Position numbers and translations under genes: made by a program. This document shows, one piece after another, positions 12,976 through 27,021 of a stretch of 64,000 nt of DNA (positions within the stretch are counted from its first letter, which is position 1; the number at the start of each line of letters is the position of its first letter). The stretch is from Octopus sinensis (lineage: Eukaryota): NCBI RefSeq assembly GCF_006345805.1, contig NC_043000.1, positions 117,800,001 through 117,864,000 of the forward strand, read 5' to 3'. The notes beneath the pieces were generated by a model that saw nothing but the letters and a program-made list of their open reading frames with translations, had not been told where the DNA came from and did not search any database.

Positions 12976-13779
12976 TTATATATATACACATACATGCATA
13001 CATACTAAGTTACGATGACGTAAACAAACCAATACCGCTTGCCAAGCGGTGGGGATGGGACAAACACAATGCGAACGCGATGACACACACACACACACGC
13101 ACACATACACACACACTCACACTCACATACACGTACGAACGCACACACATGTATGCACTCATTCCAAGCGAAGGCCTTAATTCGAACAATTCAAAATTTT
13201 CTCATTAGCAGTGAGTATAGCTAACACCACTTCCTCACACTTACTCTGAATCTGTAACGCAATACTTGACAAAACAGTTTCTTAATTGTGTATTTAAAAT
13301 TCTTCAATTTTAATTCTCTCGAACCACTGGCTTGTGATGAACACTCAACACAGTGTGCAAATGATGAGACCGGGATACGTGATATTTCCCCGGCAGATCC
13401 TATCGAACCTTATCGCTATACAACCATAAGTAACCGACTCGTACATTTTTGTTGTTACCGTTGTGCGTTTTATTATTATTATTTTTTTTTTTGTTATTTA
13501 TTTTAGTGCTGCTTTGTTTTGTGTTGGTTTCTGTTAGTTTGTTTATACAACCGATTACACTCGCAGATTACTGACATGTCCATTGAAGAAATGACTAGAA
13601 CCGTTCTTTGAGTGACTGCCTCCATTTACTTGACGACCAATTATGAGATGTAAACTAGAATGCTAATTTTGCTGAATATTCAAACGACCCCCCACCACCA
13701 CTACCACCACTACCACCAGCCTCCCCGCCATCTCGCTCTCTCTTTCACGATTTTTCTCTTCATCTCTCTCCTTTGTTCT

Positions 13780-15110
13780 TTCTCTCTTTCTTTCTTTCAC
13801 GTTCTTTTTCTTTCTTTCTTTCGCACGCACACACACACACACACACACAGACCCCCCTCTCTCTCTCTCACGCACCACACACACACACACACACACACAC
13901 AGACCCTCTCTCTCTCTCTCACGCATACACACATACACAGACCCCTCTCTCTCTCTCACGCACACACACACACAGACCCTCTCTCTCTCTCACGCACACA
14001 CACACACACAGACCCTCTCTCTCTCACGTACACACACACACACGCAGACCCTCTCTCTCTCTCTCACGCACACACACACACACAGACCCTCTCTCTCTCA
14101 CGCACACAACACACACACACACACACACACAGACCCTCTCTCTCTCTCACGCACACACACACAGACTGTCTCTGTCTCTCTCTCTCACACACACTCTCTC
14201 TCTCTCTCTTTCATCGTCTTTCTGTCTTGTTCATCCTTTTTCTTTCTTTTTCTTTTTTGTTTCACACACACATACACACACACAACACACACACACTCTC
14301 TCTCTCTCTCTCACTTTCTCTCTCTCTCTTTCATCATCTTTCTTTCACGTTCTTTTTCTTTCTTTCTTTCGCACGCACACACACACACAGACCCTCTCTC
14401 TCTCTCACGCGCACACACACACACACACAGACCCTCTCTCTCTCTCTCACGCACACACACACACAACACACACAGACCCTCTCTCTCTCTCACGCACACA
14501 CACACACACAGACCCTCTCTCTCTCACGCACACACACACACACACACACAGACCCTCTCTCTCTCTCACGCACACACACACAGACTCTCTCTGTCTCTCT
14601 CTCTCTCACACACTCTCTCTCTCTCTCTCTTTCATCGTCTTTCTGTCTTGTTCATCCTTTTTCTTTCTTTTTCTTTTTTGTTTCACACACACATACACAC
14701 ACACAAACACACACACACTCTCTCTCTCTCTCTCTTTCATCATCTTTCTATCTCCGTACGTTTTCTTTCTTTTTCTTTCACATACACAAACCCTCTCTTT
14801 CATCATCTCTCTCTTTTTCTCTTTCTTTATCTCTTTCTCTATCTCTTTCTTCTTCACCCTCCCCTTATCCCTTCTCCCTTCTTATCTCTCGCTCCCTCTC
14901 TCTCCTCGTTTTCTCTCTATCTCTCCTCATCTCTCTCTCTATCTCCCTCTCATTCTCACTCTCTCTCTTGTCTCTTTCAGCCTCTCTCCTCATCTTTCTC
15001 TTTCTTGATCTATCTTTCCCTCTCTCCTCATTTCTCTCTCTCTTTCCTTCTCCTTATCCCCCATCTCTCCCCCTACATCTTCTTCCCTCCTCTCTTCCTC
15101 TTTCTTTCCC
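13780..15110. repeat. Higher-order (CA)n-GACC-(CT)n compound repeat plus pyrimidine tract
   Basis: Unit CAGACCCTCTCTCTCTCACGCACACACA is repeated. The block at 14160-14330 recurs at 14580-14745. This explains the 536-aa low-complexity ORF. Confidence 0.9.
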
Positions 15111-15759
15111 GATGATAACCTTAAAAAAATGCCTTGTTCAAAGGAGCATTGCGACGTCATTCCTTCCGTCTTTTTGTGATCTGAGTTCAAATCTGGCCGA
15201 GGTCAACTTTCGAGATCGCTATAATAAAATACCGACCCAGGGCGGTAGATTTGCAAAATTTATAGAGTGACAGGACTGATATCTTTCAGTATTTGGTCCT
15301 AGATTTTTACTAGCAAAGCATACTAATACCAGTATTAGGTCACATGTCAGGTCTCTCATGAGTGCTACTGGTAACACGGAATCTTGTACGACCGGTTGTC
15401 TGGTCAGGTCGTCAGCAACTAAACTGGCACCCTCACTTGGCTCACCTGGTGAGTGAAGGGTTGCTAGAAACCCAGCGGCACTAAAAAACAAGACCTGTCA
15501 AAGGGGCAGATGAAGCTAGTGTAGGTTCAACGACTATCTAGCAATAATACGGCCCTTCAGAAATTCGAGGTTGGTGTCCGGCGTGCTGGAAGCCACTGAG
15601 AGTGAGGCACCCCTTAATTTTTTGTTAAATCATGTCTATGGGACCCGCTTCAAACCCGGGTTACGTATGTGCCAATAATCGGTGGTGACTTGGTCAGCAA
15701 ATCTTCCACGCCGACGGCAAAGTGAGTTGCTGGAGATCACACTATCCCAAAGTGTGTAT

Positions 15760-16085
15760 GCATGTGAATAGGGACCACATGTAAATAGGGACCACATTTG
15801 AATAGAGACCACATGTGAATAGAGACGACATGTGAATAGGGACCACATGTGAATAGAGACGACATGTGAATAGGGACCACATGTGAATAGAGACATGTGA
15901 ATAGGGACCACATGTGAATAGGACCACATGTGAATGGAGATCACATGTGAATAGGGACCACATGTGAATAGAGACCACATGTGAATAGGGATTACATGTG
16001 GCTAGGGACCACATGTGAATAGGGACCACATGTGAATAGGGATCACATGTGAATAGGGACCACATGTGAATAGGGACCACATGTG
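15760..16085. repeat. 17-bp minisatellite (GAATAGGGACCACATGT) ~19 copies
   Basis: Directly visible tandem units with small indel variants. Confidence 0.95.
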
Positions 16086-17254
16086 TATTTGTATTCCCAC
16101 TGAAACTCCGAACATGACCCCTACACCTTAATAGTGATTAACGACTACGGTTACGGCGTCCACGCTATCCTCGACCGACCGTCAAGTGTGGTCAACATTC
16201 GTGACGTACGGGATAAACTCGTTGGTCGGAGCCGGCTCAACACACCCCGGGTGAATGTCACCCCATGTACAAGTTGTAAATAAGTTGTAGTATATCAAGG
16301 TGACCTCAGTAATTAAAGGAAGGTAACGCAACAATAAATGCGTCGAGCTGGCAGAATAGTTAACACGCTGGACGAAATGCTTAGCGGCATTTCGCCCGTC
16401 GCTACGTTCTGAGTTCAAATTCCACCGAGGTTGACTTTGCCTTTCATCCTTTCGTAGTCGATAAATTAAGTACCAGTTACGCACTGGGGTCGATCTAATC
16501 GATTGCCCCCTCCTCCCCCAAAATTTCAGGCTCTGTGCCTGTTGCAGAAAAGAAACGTTTAGTGGCATTTTTTCTGGTTCTTTACGTTCGAAGTTCAATT
16601 CCTGCCGAGGACTGCTTTTCCTTTTATCCCTCCGAAGTCGATAAAATAAAAGTACCAGTCAAGTACAGGGGTCGATGTTATCGACCTGCCTCTCCATAAA
16701 TAATTGCTGGCCAAGACGTCTGAAGCGGACCGGCAACCCGTTCATGGTTAACGGTTTGAATGTTGTAATCTCAGTTACTTACACGCCATGGAAACCGGAT
16801 TACCGCCCCCGTCAGTCCGAGGGCTCGGAAAAAAATATCACAACATATTTTGTCCGATTTCCTACCAGTTCTGCTATATTAAAACAGCTACAGACATCTT
16901 GCCCAACAAGGGTGTGTGTTTAGCAAAAGTACCCTTAATAAACATATTCACAAACGTCACCCAGTCACCAACAGGGTCGACAAAATCCCAGTCATTTGGC
17001 ATCGAATAAATATGAAGCGGTTATCAGTTGGTGGTCTCGACACCGAAATCATTTTCGAAGCAAGAAAGCTGTTTTTTAATCCAAAAGTTAATGTAGAACT
17101 AAGCTACGGCAAATTAATATGTGATTACCTCTAAAATATCTATTTTAAAATTTAATTATATGAAACCTGATATAGGCCATTAAGTAGAGTGACACACCAG
17201 CTGACTCGCGAATAATTTTGTCCTTCCATATGTGTGTGTACGTGTGTGTGTCAA

Positions 17255-17263
17255 AATTGTTGC

Positions 17264-17321
<58 letters not shown>

Positions 17322-17383
17322 GTGTACTGTTCCTTCATCCATAGCCCTTGTGGCAATAAAAAATATCATTATTATTATTATTA

Positions 17384-17440
<57 letters not shown>
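17255..17440. repeat. (ATT)n microsatellites
   Basis: Directly visible. Confidence 0.95.
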
Positions 17441-17444
<4 letters not shown>

Positions 17445-17449
17445 CCAAT

Positions 17450-18520
17450 AAGGTGGCAGAATCGTTAGGCGTCAGACGAAATTGCTTAGCGGCATTTCCT
17501 CCGGCTCTTTATGTTCTGAGTTCAAATTCCGCTGAGGTTGAATTTATCTTTATTCATTTCGGGGTCGATGAAATAAGTACCAGTTATGTACTGGAGTCGA
17601 TGTAATCGACTAGCCTCCTCCAGAATTGTAGGCCTTGTACTTATACTAAAAGCAACTGTACCAAAGGAGTAAAGGAAGAACTAGTAGAATTCGTTAGAGC
17701 GTCGGACAAAATGCTTAAGGACATTTCTTCCGGTTCTTAATGTTCTGAATTCAAATACTGTCGGGGCCAACTTTACCTTTCATCCTTTCGAGGTTGGTAA
17801 AGTACTAGTCAAGTACTGGGGTCGAAGATATCGACTAATCTCTCCCCACTGCTGGCCTTATGCTAAAGTTTGAAACAATTAAGGTGGCGAGGTGAGCGAA
17901 GCGTTAGCGCTTCGGACAAAATGTTTAACTGTATTTCTGGCTCTTCACGTTCAGAGTTCAAATTCCGTCGAGGGCGGTTTTGCTTTCAGAGTCGATACAT
18001 GTACCACTTGAGGGCGGCGAGCTGGCAGAATCGTTAGCACGCCGGGCGAAATGCGTAGCCGTATTTCATCTGCCGTTACGTTCTGAGTTCAAATTCAGCC
18101 GAGGTCGACTTTGCCTTTCATCCTTTCGGGATCGATAAATAAAGTACCAGTTACGCACTGGGGGTCGATATAATCGACTTAATCAGTTTGTCTGTCCTTG
18201 TTTGTCCCTTCTATGTTTAGCCCCTTGTGTGTAATAAAGAAATGGGTATTTCGTCTGCCGCTACGTTCGAGGTTCAAATTCCACCGAGGTCGACTTTGCC
18301 TTTCATCCTTTCGGGGTGGATAAATTAAGTACCAGTTACGCACTTGGGTCGATGTAATCGATTTAATCCCTTTGTCCTTCTTTGTTTGTCCCCTCTGTGT
18401 TTAGCCCCTTCTGGGCAATAAAGAAATAGATATATATATCACTTGAACAGTGGGGCCGTTGTAATCGACTTACCCCATCCCGTGTACATTTTGCAGGCCT
18501 GGTGCCAAAATTTGAACCGG
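17450..18520 (+). mobile_element. Cluster of SINE family A copies (three older diverged copies plus a young dimer at 18013-18428)
   Basis: Repeated GTTCTGAGTTCAAATTC..GAGGTCGACTTTGCCTTTCATCC motifs, all in the same orientation. Confidence 0.8.
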
Positions 18521-18754
18521 TTATCACTATTCTCAACAGAAGCAGCAGCAGTATTAATAGCAGGAGTAGCATTGGAAGTAGCAACAGCAACTGAGGCATG
18601 GAATTTATGGATAAATGGATAAATTATAAATATATTTGGTTCCCTCTTTACTTCTCCGCTTCCGTCTCTAATATCTCTCTGCAGTCTGTCTTGTCCCCCT
18701 CCACCTCTTTTTTTGGCTTCCCCACTTTATGTACATATATGTGTGTATATGTGT

Positions 18755-18809
<55 letters not shown>

Positions 18810-18882
18810 TCCTTTTTGTACGTGCTCTGTGCATAATACATACACGCATACACACAACACACATATGTGTATATTTACTCAC

Positions 18883-18919
<37 letters not shown>

Positions 18920-18970
18920 TATATGAATATATATATGTGTATATGATATGTATCTATGTCTGTATGTATG

Positions 18971-19005
<35 letters not shown>

Positions 19006-19073
19006 ATCTATTTAGCTATATATACAGACATGTACGCAGATATAAGTGTATGTGAGTAGTTGTACATGCATAT

Positions 19074-19104
<31 letters not shown>

Positions 19105-20105
19105 CATATCTATCTATCTATCTTTCTTTCTGTCTGTCTCTCTATCTATCTATCAAGGCATGTGTAACTACACACTCGCTCCCACATGCACGCACATGCA
19201 CGCAAACGCAATTGCGCGCACACATATACATGCACCCGCACAAACAGTGTCTATGTGCGTGGGTGTGTGTGGATGTATGTGCGTGTATGTGCATGTGTCT
19301 GTGTGTCTGCGTGCGTTCACTGTTGAATGTATATGTATGTATATGTAGATTCAAGAAACTTGAGAATCGTGTCAATATCAGCAGGAAATGTAGGTTCCCA
19401 TGGATTCAAGATAAAAAACCCTGAAGTGTGGGTACGCAGGGTGGGTTGCACCTACCCAGTCTAAAGCTATACGTATTAGCAATTAAATACTATATAGTCA
19501 ATTATTTTCGGGTTCAGTCTCACTGCGCGGTACCTTGAGCAAAATCTTCTACTGTAGTCGAGGGCCAACCATTCATTCTGAGTCAATTAATAAGTGTAGG
19601 ATCGAAGCGTTGTCATGGTAAAGAACCAATAGAACAGGATGCCACACAGTGAGATCGGACCTAAATGTGTATATATAAATATATAATTGCTTTGCGAAAG
19701 AAGATTGATTAGAAATTCTCTCACAATATTTGGACTTAGAATAGCACAAGAGTAACTTGAGACTAAAGATATAAATATGTAATATGAAGAAACAAAAGAC
19801 CTAGTAATTCAATACATAAGCTATCAGAATCATTAGGACACCGGGCGAAATGCTTAGCGCTATTTCGTCTGTCTTTACGTTCTGAGTTCAAATTCCGCCG
19901 AGGTCGACTTTGCCTTTCATTCTTTCGGGTCGATAAATTAAGTACCAGTTGTGTAATGAAGTCGATCTAATCGACTGGCCTCTCCCTAAAAATTTCGGGT
20001 CTTGCGCCTAGAGTAGAAAAGAATTTGCAAACATGACTCCGATTAGAGATGGATTTAAAGGACAATTGTACATAATAAATCAAAAATATATCAATACATA
20101 GTCAT

Positions 20106-20173
<68 letters not shown>

Positions 20174-20642
20174 GGTCGGCCAAAAGTCAACCGAGAGTAA
20201 ATTAAAATTCCATGAATACTAAATATTCGCTTTCATTTATTCATTCCAATTTTGAATGTTTAATAATTAAAAGCAGTGAATTATAATCACCGTTTTTGTT
20301 TTCAGCATTAGACTATTTATTAGCGAAGTCTCATATAAAATAACACTGGTCAACAAAATTGAATGTATTATACCCATTATGAATGCAAATCAACTTTTTT
20401 AGACTAATTTTCCATGATTTCAAAATTTCACTCCCTTTGTATGCAACACGTATCAGTTTTTCAGTAGATACATGCAAATATTTACATATTCGTATATCTG
20501 AAATCATTAACGTTATAAATAAGGACATATTTTTAGAAAGTAAATGAGTTTATTGAGTTAAAAGTCATCACTATCATTCTACAGAGTGAATACAAAAAAA
20601 TGGATCAGAAAAAACAAAGTTAGAACAACAGAGTTAGAAAAA

Positions 20643-21610
20643 TTATGATTTGTATTTCCTGCAGTGTTCTTGTTCTGGTTGATCACGGGAAAGTGTCCAG
20701 CGGTAGTCAGCCAGCATACTGTCATTCCAGGATCCTTGGTACCGTTTCTCTATCGCACTAATGTCCTGGTGAATTCTTTCACCATATTCATCAGACACTG
20801 CTCCAAGGTTATCTGCGAAGAAATCCAGATGGAAGTCCAATAAGTGAACTTACAGTGACATGCGACAGTCCATTGCTGAGTAACATTTCACATGCCATCC
20901 ATGTAGCCCATTGCTTTCTTGTTACCCAAGAAATTCTCACAGATCCAATTGAAAGCATAACAAGCAGGCAGTTCCAGTTCATCCAGTGTTGTCTTGAAGT
21001 TGGCATCTTTGAGTTCTTCTCTAATTTAGGATCCGACAAAGATACCCTCTTTCAACTTCGCCTGTGTGATTTGGGGAAAATTTTATACAATATATTCAAA
21101 CCCTCTGATATTTCTCTTCCATAGTGTTTTCACAAACTGTTTCATCAGTCCAAGTTTTATGTATAAACGAGGCAATTGAACATTACATGAATCTACTAGA
21201 GGTGTATTCTTGACGCTAGATAGCCTTGGCTGATTTGATGTTCTTGTCTGCCAGATTGATTCCGTATAATGTCTGTCAGTTGTCCGACTATCCCATAGAC
21301 ACTAAAAACAACAATAGTTTGTGAAATCTGACTGTATTGCCATTAACATTCCAATGACTTTTAAATCTCCACATATTTTCCATGAGTATCTTTCATAAGC
21401 AATGGCATGAAATAAAGTTCCATATTCTCATACGATTCATGAAGATGAACGGAGTGTACAATTGGAATGGAGAGCTTCAAATTACTATTATGGAGGAGTA
21501 AAGCCTTTAAACTTCGTTTTGAAGAGTCAATAAACAAACGCCACTCTGCAGGATCATGATTTTGTGATAAATATTCGCAAAGTCCATCGATGTCCACAAA
21601 TACCAAAATA
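20643..21610 (-). pseudogene. Fossil Chapaev3-like (CMC superfamily) DDE transposase
   Basis: Fragments read EWRLFIDSSKRSLKALLLHNSN...SIPIVHSVHLHESYENM, WKICGDLKVIGMLM..CCF*CLWDSR, LPRLYIKLGLMKQFVK, KLKEGIFVG and NLGAVSDEYGERIHQDISAIEKRYQGSWNDSMLADY. They are broken by stops and frameshifts. Confidence 0.8.
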
Positions 21611-22734
21611 AAATTTGGGATTTATGGAGGGTCAAATTTGGGAACAAAAACGGGACAGTGGAGACATACAAGGAAACCGAACGAAAACAAACACGGATGG
21701 CCGTTAGACCAGAACCTGGGTAAAATAGCGAACGCTGGAGAAATATTTTGTTTGACAAGAGAAAAGATAGAAGAGAGAGAGGGGGATACGTCCAGCCTCT
21801 AGGACAGCCCTGAAAGAAAAGAAAGAGGATTACGTGAGGAAAAGAAAGATGGACGATGGTCACCTGTGAGCAACGAAACAGAGTAAAGAAGAGTTGAATA
21901 ATATTCTAAAGGCCGCAATTTACTCACACGTAGCATCTTCAGAGCTTTCTCTTATTCAGTTCTTGGCCAAATTGAAAACTATTAACATTTTTTTGAAGAG
22001 GACTGGTCTCTAGCTACATTTTGGCATTAAAAAAAAACTGAGATTTGATCCAGCAGAAAAAAGTTTACATCAAAAATTTTAGCAACATTACAGGAGAGTA
22101 AGTAACACCACCAGTCAAGTTTAGATCTAAATAACATATATTTTAAAAGAAACATATTTATCTTAGCTTCAATGATAGTCGAAAGCATTAGGAAGTTCAT
22201 AGTTTTGTTCCCATGCAACAAAAATTTATATTTAAAAAGTTGTAAAATATCCTTAAAAAATATAAGCAACAGGTTTCCATACAAAACAGTAACTAAATGA
22301 GTAGAAGCAGTATCAAAATCAAAAATTCTCTCCAATAGGGACTAGGTCTAAAATTTGGAGATGAGGTACTTCATAGCATCGATCCCAGATCTCACTGGTA
22401 CTTATTTTTATTGAATTATCCCGAGCGGCTGAAAGGCAAACTCGACTTCGGCGGAATTTTGAACTCGGAACGTATAAGCCGGAAGAAATGCCGCTGAACA
22501 CTTTGTCCGACATGGAAAAAGGTTCTGCTACTTTACTATAAGAACAACATGAATAACAACAAGAATAATACGTGGTAGTAACAACAAATAATAACATCAA
22601 CAATAACAGCAACAACAAAAAGTATCGAGAACGTATTTGTGTAAAACACCAAAACGGACATAACTCTCTTTGTTCTGTAAATTGTCCTTATCTTTAGAAC
22701 CGCCTTCTCCTCACCTTTACCACCTCTCCACCAC

Positions 22735-22858
22735 TTCATGCCCCTCATCCTCCTTCTCCTCTTCTTCTTGATCATCATCATCAGCAGCAGCCTCGTCCTC
22801 TTCTCTTCTTCCTCTTCTACATCATCATCGTCGTCATCATCATCATCATCATCATCAA

Positions 22859-22928
<70 letters not shown>

Positions 22929-23090
22929 GCCACCGTCGTTGTCATTATCATCGGCACGGCCGCCGCGATCATCATAGTCATCATCATTACCATTCTCTTC
23001 TTCTTCTTCTTCTTCTTCTTCTTCTTCTTCTTCTTCTTCTTCTTCTTCCTTCTCCTCCTCCACCTCCTCCTCCTCTTCATCATCATCATC
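22735..23090. repeat. Stack of trinucleotide microsatellites (CAT, CAG, CTT, CTC)
   Basis: Directly visible. The poly-E/D/A ORF is an artefact of these repeats. Confidence 0.9.
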
Positions 23091-23546
23091 TTTTCCCTTC
23101 TGCTTCTTTCCTTTTGTCTAGATTTCCTTCTTTCCTTTTCTTCGTTTCATTCTCCCTTCCCTTCCACTCCTCCCTACCTCTCCAATCCATCCATCACTTT
23201 TATTCCTTCCTTCCTTCCTTCTTTCCTTTCCCTTCTTTCTTCCTTTCTTCCCTTTTTCTGTTTTTCACCGTTTCATTTACTATTGTATAAACTGTTGTGT
23301 TAAAGATTAGCAACAAGTTGACGGACAAAATCAAGATTTCCTCCGCAAAATAAATAAACGAAAACGGAAAGAAAACCAAGTAAAGAGACAACACAATTGA
23401 TTACAAAAGTTAAACATCCACGCCCGTTGCTTGTTTCCACTTCACCGAACAACTTCCATTCTTCATCTTCTCACCTCCATCCTTCAAGGGCTCCTCTTTC
23501 CAAGCGTTGTCACGACATCCGTTTCCTCCTCTTTGTGTTTTCCGAA

Positions 23547-23777
23547 GGCGGCGAGCTGGCAGAAGCTTTAGCACGCCGGGCGAAATGCGTAGCCGTATTT
23601 CGTCTGCCGCTACGTTGTGAGTTCAAATTCCGCCGAGGTCGACTTTGCCTTTCATCCTTTCGGGGTCGATAAATTAAGTACCAGTTACTCACTGGGGTAG
23701 ATGTAATCGACTTTATCCCTTTGTCTGTCCTTGTTTGTCCCCTCTATGTTTAGCCCCTTGTGGGCAATAAAGAAATA
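23547..23777 (+). mobile_element. SINE family A monomer with TSD
   Basis: TCTTTGTGTTTTCC occurs at ~23530 and ~23778, flanking a near-consensus copy. Confidence 0.9.
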
Positions 23778-23978
23778 TCTTTGTGTTTTCCTTTCATTTT
23801 TTCTGTTTTTTCTTTTTTTACCAGCATAGACGCAAACGTGCTTCCCAATTGCATAGTGGTCTTGGGTTCAGCTCCAGGTGTCTACTACTATGGCCCTGGG
23901 CTGAGTAGATTTAGATTTGGTGGACGGAAACTGAAGGAAGCCTTAATATGTATGCATGCATGTGTGTATGTATGTGTG

Positions 23979-24017
<39 letters not shown>

Positions 24018-24824
24018 CCATGTGTGTGTGTGTCCATGTGTGTGTGTGTCCATGTGTGTGTGTGTGTCTATGTGTATGTTTGTGTGTGCGTGTATGTACG
24101 TATGAATATATGTGTATGTATGCATGTAAGCATATATGTATGCATATATCTGTTATGTGGGTGTGTACGTGTGTGTGTGTATGTTCGTATGAATATATGT
24201 ATGTGTATGTATGCATGTATGCATATACCTGTTATGTGTGTGTATGTGTGTGTGTGTATGTGTGTGTCACCGCGTTCGTATTGTGTTTGTACCATCCCCA
24301 ACGCTTGGCAAGCGGTATTGGTTTGTTTACGTTCCCGTAACTTAGTGGCTCGGGAAAAAGTAACCGACAGAATAAAGTACCAAACTTCAATAAATAAATA
24401 AATAAATAAATGAAAACGATTACTGAGGTCAATTTGCTCGACTGAAACCCACTTCAAGTCGGTGCTCCAGTATTGCCGCAGTCCACTGACAAAAACAAGT
24501 AAAAAAAATCAAGTACAAAAGATGAAAAATCTAAACCCGATAGATTTGAGTTTTAGCATCGGTTGGGTGTGATCCATAGCATATGTGAGCCATTACTGTC
24601 ACGCTCCTCTTCAGACCTCCTACCAAGCAGGAGAGGTGCCATGCCACACCCACAGGCCACCTTCATCTTTTTTCCCTTAATAGAGAGGGGAAGGCGGAGT
24701 GGTTTGGTGGCGGGGGGGGGTGGATAGTGGGGGAAAACAAAAAATAAACAGTAAACCTTACTGTCTTGTAAACAAGAACAACGAGGAAAACTTTTTCCAC
24801 CAACCAGTGCCGCTTTATCTACCG

Positions 24825-25652
24825 TCTCACCATCACCACCACCACCACCACCACCACCACCACCACCACCACAACCACCACCACCCCATCACTACTGCCA
24901 CCACCTTTACCAACACCACACAGCACGGCGACCACCACTACCGCCAACACTGCACCGCCACCACCACCACATCGAGGACCACCACCATCACTACTGCCGC
25001 CACCATCACCACCACCACCACCGCCACTTCTACCACCATCACCACCGCCGCCACTACCATCATTACCACCACCACAATCACTCCTGCCACCACCGCTACT
25101 GCCAACATCGCATCGCTACCACACCACCACCATCACCACACCATTACTACCGCCACCATTGTTACTACCACCACCGCACTCCTACCAGAACTACCACCAC
25201 TACCACCATCACCACCGCTGCTACCAACACCGCACCGCTATCAATACTGCCACCACCGCTACCACCACTACCACCACCTCTAGCACCAGCAACACCACCA
25301 CTACCACCACCACCGCCACTACCGCCACCACTATCACTAGCGCCACCATTGCTACTACCACCACCACCACCACCACCATCAATACCGCCACCATCGCTAT
25401 CACCACCACCGCACCTCTACCACCACTACCGACGCCCCACCATCAATACCGCCACCACTGCACCGCTATCACCACCACCACCACTACCGCCACCGCCACC
25501 ACCATCACCACTACCGACACCATATCACTACTGCCACCACTGCTACTATCACCACAGCACCGCTACAACCAACACTACAACCACCACCATCACTACCACC
25601 ACCACCACCACCGTCAATACTTCCACCACTACCGCCACCACCACTACCATCA
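24825..25652. repeat. Degenerate (CAC/ACC)n trinucleotide tract
   Basis: Directly visible. Gives poly-H/T/P ORFs in several frames. Confidence 0.9.
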
Positions 25653-25700
25653 CACGCATATACAACGTTTGTCTTCTATATATTGCTAATTTATTCAATA

Positions 25701-26099
25701 CTAGCAGTATCGCCCGGCGTTGCTCGGGTTTGTAAGGGAAATAACTATATAAGCATTTTTAGAGAGTTATAGCCAAAAAATGGCAAAAAAATGCATTAAA
25801 AATGGAAAAAAAATGATGGTAAATTTTTTTTTTAAATCGTTGACTCATCGTAGACATTTGTAGAGAGTTACTTCCTTTATATAATAGCGAAAAAATTCAT
25901 TAAAATGGGAAAAAATGATGGTAAATTATTTTTTAAATCGTAGACTCATCGTAGACGCGCGCTAATACCCAGAAAGGCTCGATATGAATCACGACTATAA
26001 GATACCCGCTTTTGGTTACACTGCACCGCAAAATGTGGGAGTAGTTAGGAATCTAAATCGTAGGAGACAGACACACAACTTCTCTTTTATATATAAAGA
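25701..26099 (-). mobile_element. Non-autonomous Helitron family H1, copy 1
   Basis: Minus strand A|TCTTTATATATAAAAG ... CCCGAGCAACGCCGGG-CGATACTG-CTAG|T. Near-identical to 34974-35370. Confidence 0.85.
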
Positions 26100-26315
26100 T
26101 GTACAAAACTATTTCTTGATTGTGTTGACTGCTCTTCGATCACAAGTCGGTGCTGTGTGAATTCTTGGCTTGTTGGGTTAAGGACTTCAATTCGAGCAAC
26201 TGACGTTGTAATGCTGCCTTAGTACAGGGGGTACTACTACGGCCAAACGGTCTTTGGTACACACGATGTTTGATTCCGTAGGCGACTTTTCTCTCAATAT
26301 TGTTAAATATATTAA

Positions 26316-26715
26316 GTGGCTGTGTGATAAGTAGCTTGCTTACCAACCACATTGTTCCGGGTTCAGTCCCACTGCGTGGTACCTTGGGCAACTGTCTTCT
26401 ACTATAGCCTTGGGCCGACCAAAGCCTTGTGAGCGGATTTGGTCGACGGAAAGTGAAAGAAGCCCGTCGTATATATATGTGTGTTTGTGTGTATGTGTGT
26501 GTGTGTGTGTGCTTGTGTGTGTATTTGTGTTTGTCCCTCACCATCGCTTGACAACCGATGCTTGTGTGTTTACGCCCCCATAACTTAGCGATTCGGCAAA
26601 AGAGACCGATAGAATAAGTACTAGGCCTCCAAAGAATAAGTCCTGGGGTCAATTTGTTCGACTAAAGGCGGTGCTCCAGCATGGCCGCAGTCAAATAACT
26701 GAAACAGATAAAAGA
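26316..26715 (+). mobile_element. SINE family B, full length
   Basis: Matches the family B consensus from head to tail. Confidence 0.85.
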
Positions 26716-26973
26716 ATAATATACAATAAGATATATATAATATATAGTATATAGATATAATATATATATATTATGTATATAAATTAATAATATATATACA
26801 TGCAAATGTGGGTACCGGACGTCACGAACGGTGCAAATAACATGAAATAGTAAACAAACGAGTTAAATACGTAAACAACGAGGAAAAATGGAAAACAGGA
26901 CAAGTAATCATAAAGAAAGGTCCCTTCATCAGTTGTCGGCTGTCTATCTATTCTTCATTTCGGGCATTCAACG

Positions 26974-27021
<48 letters not shown>

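Noticed and set aside
13660-15270. 536-aa and 411-aa ORFs
   Set aside because: They are translations of (CA)n/(CT)n repeats that lack stop codons in several frames, with no domain signal.
15760-16085. CRISPR-like appearance of regular repeats
   Set aside because: The 17-bp units are contiguous with no unique spacers, there are no cas genes, and the context is eukaryotic.
22536-23089. Acidic poly-E/D/A ORF resembling a disordered protein
   Set aside because: It is built from pure trinucleotide microsatellites and is open in several frames on both strands.
24699-25735. Mucin-like or His-rich ORFs
   Set aside because: A degenerate (CAC)n tract with frame-independent openness and no splice or domain evidence.
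26915-26970. CTGATGA and GAAA motifs on the minus strand
   Set aside because: I could not build stems I and III consistently, so it is not called as a hammerhead.
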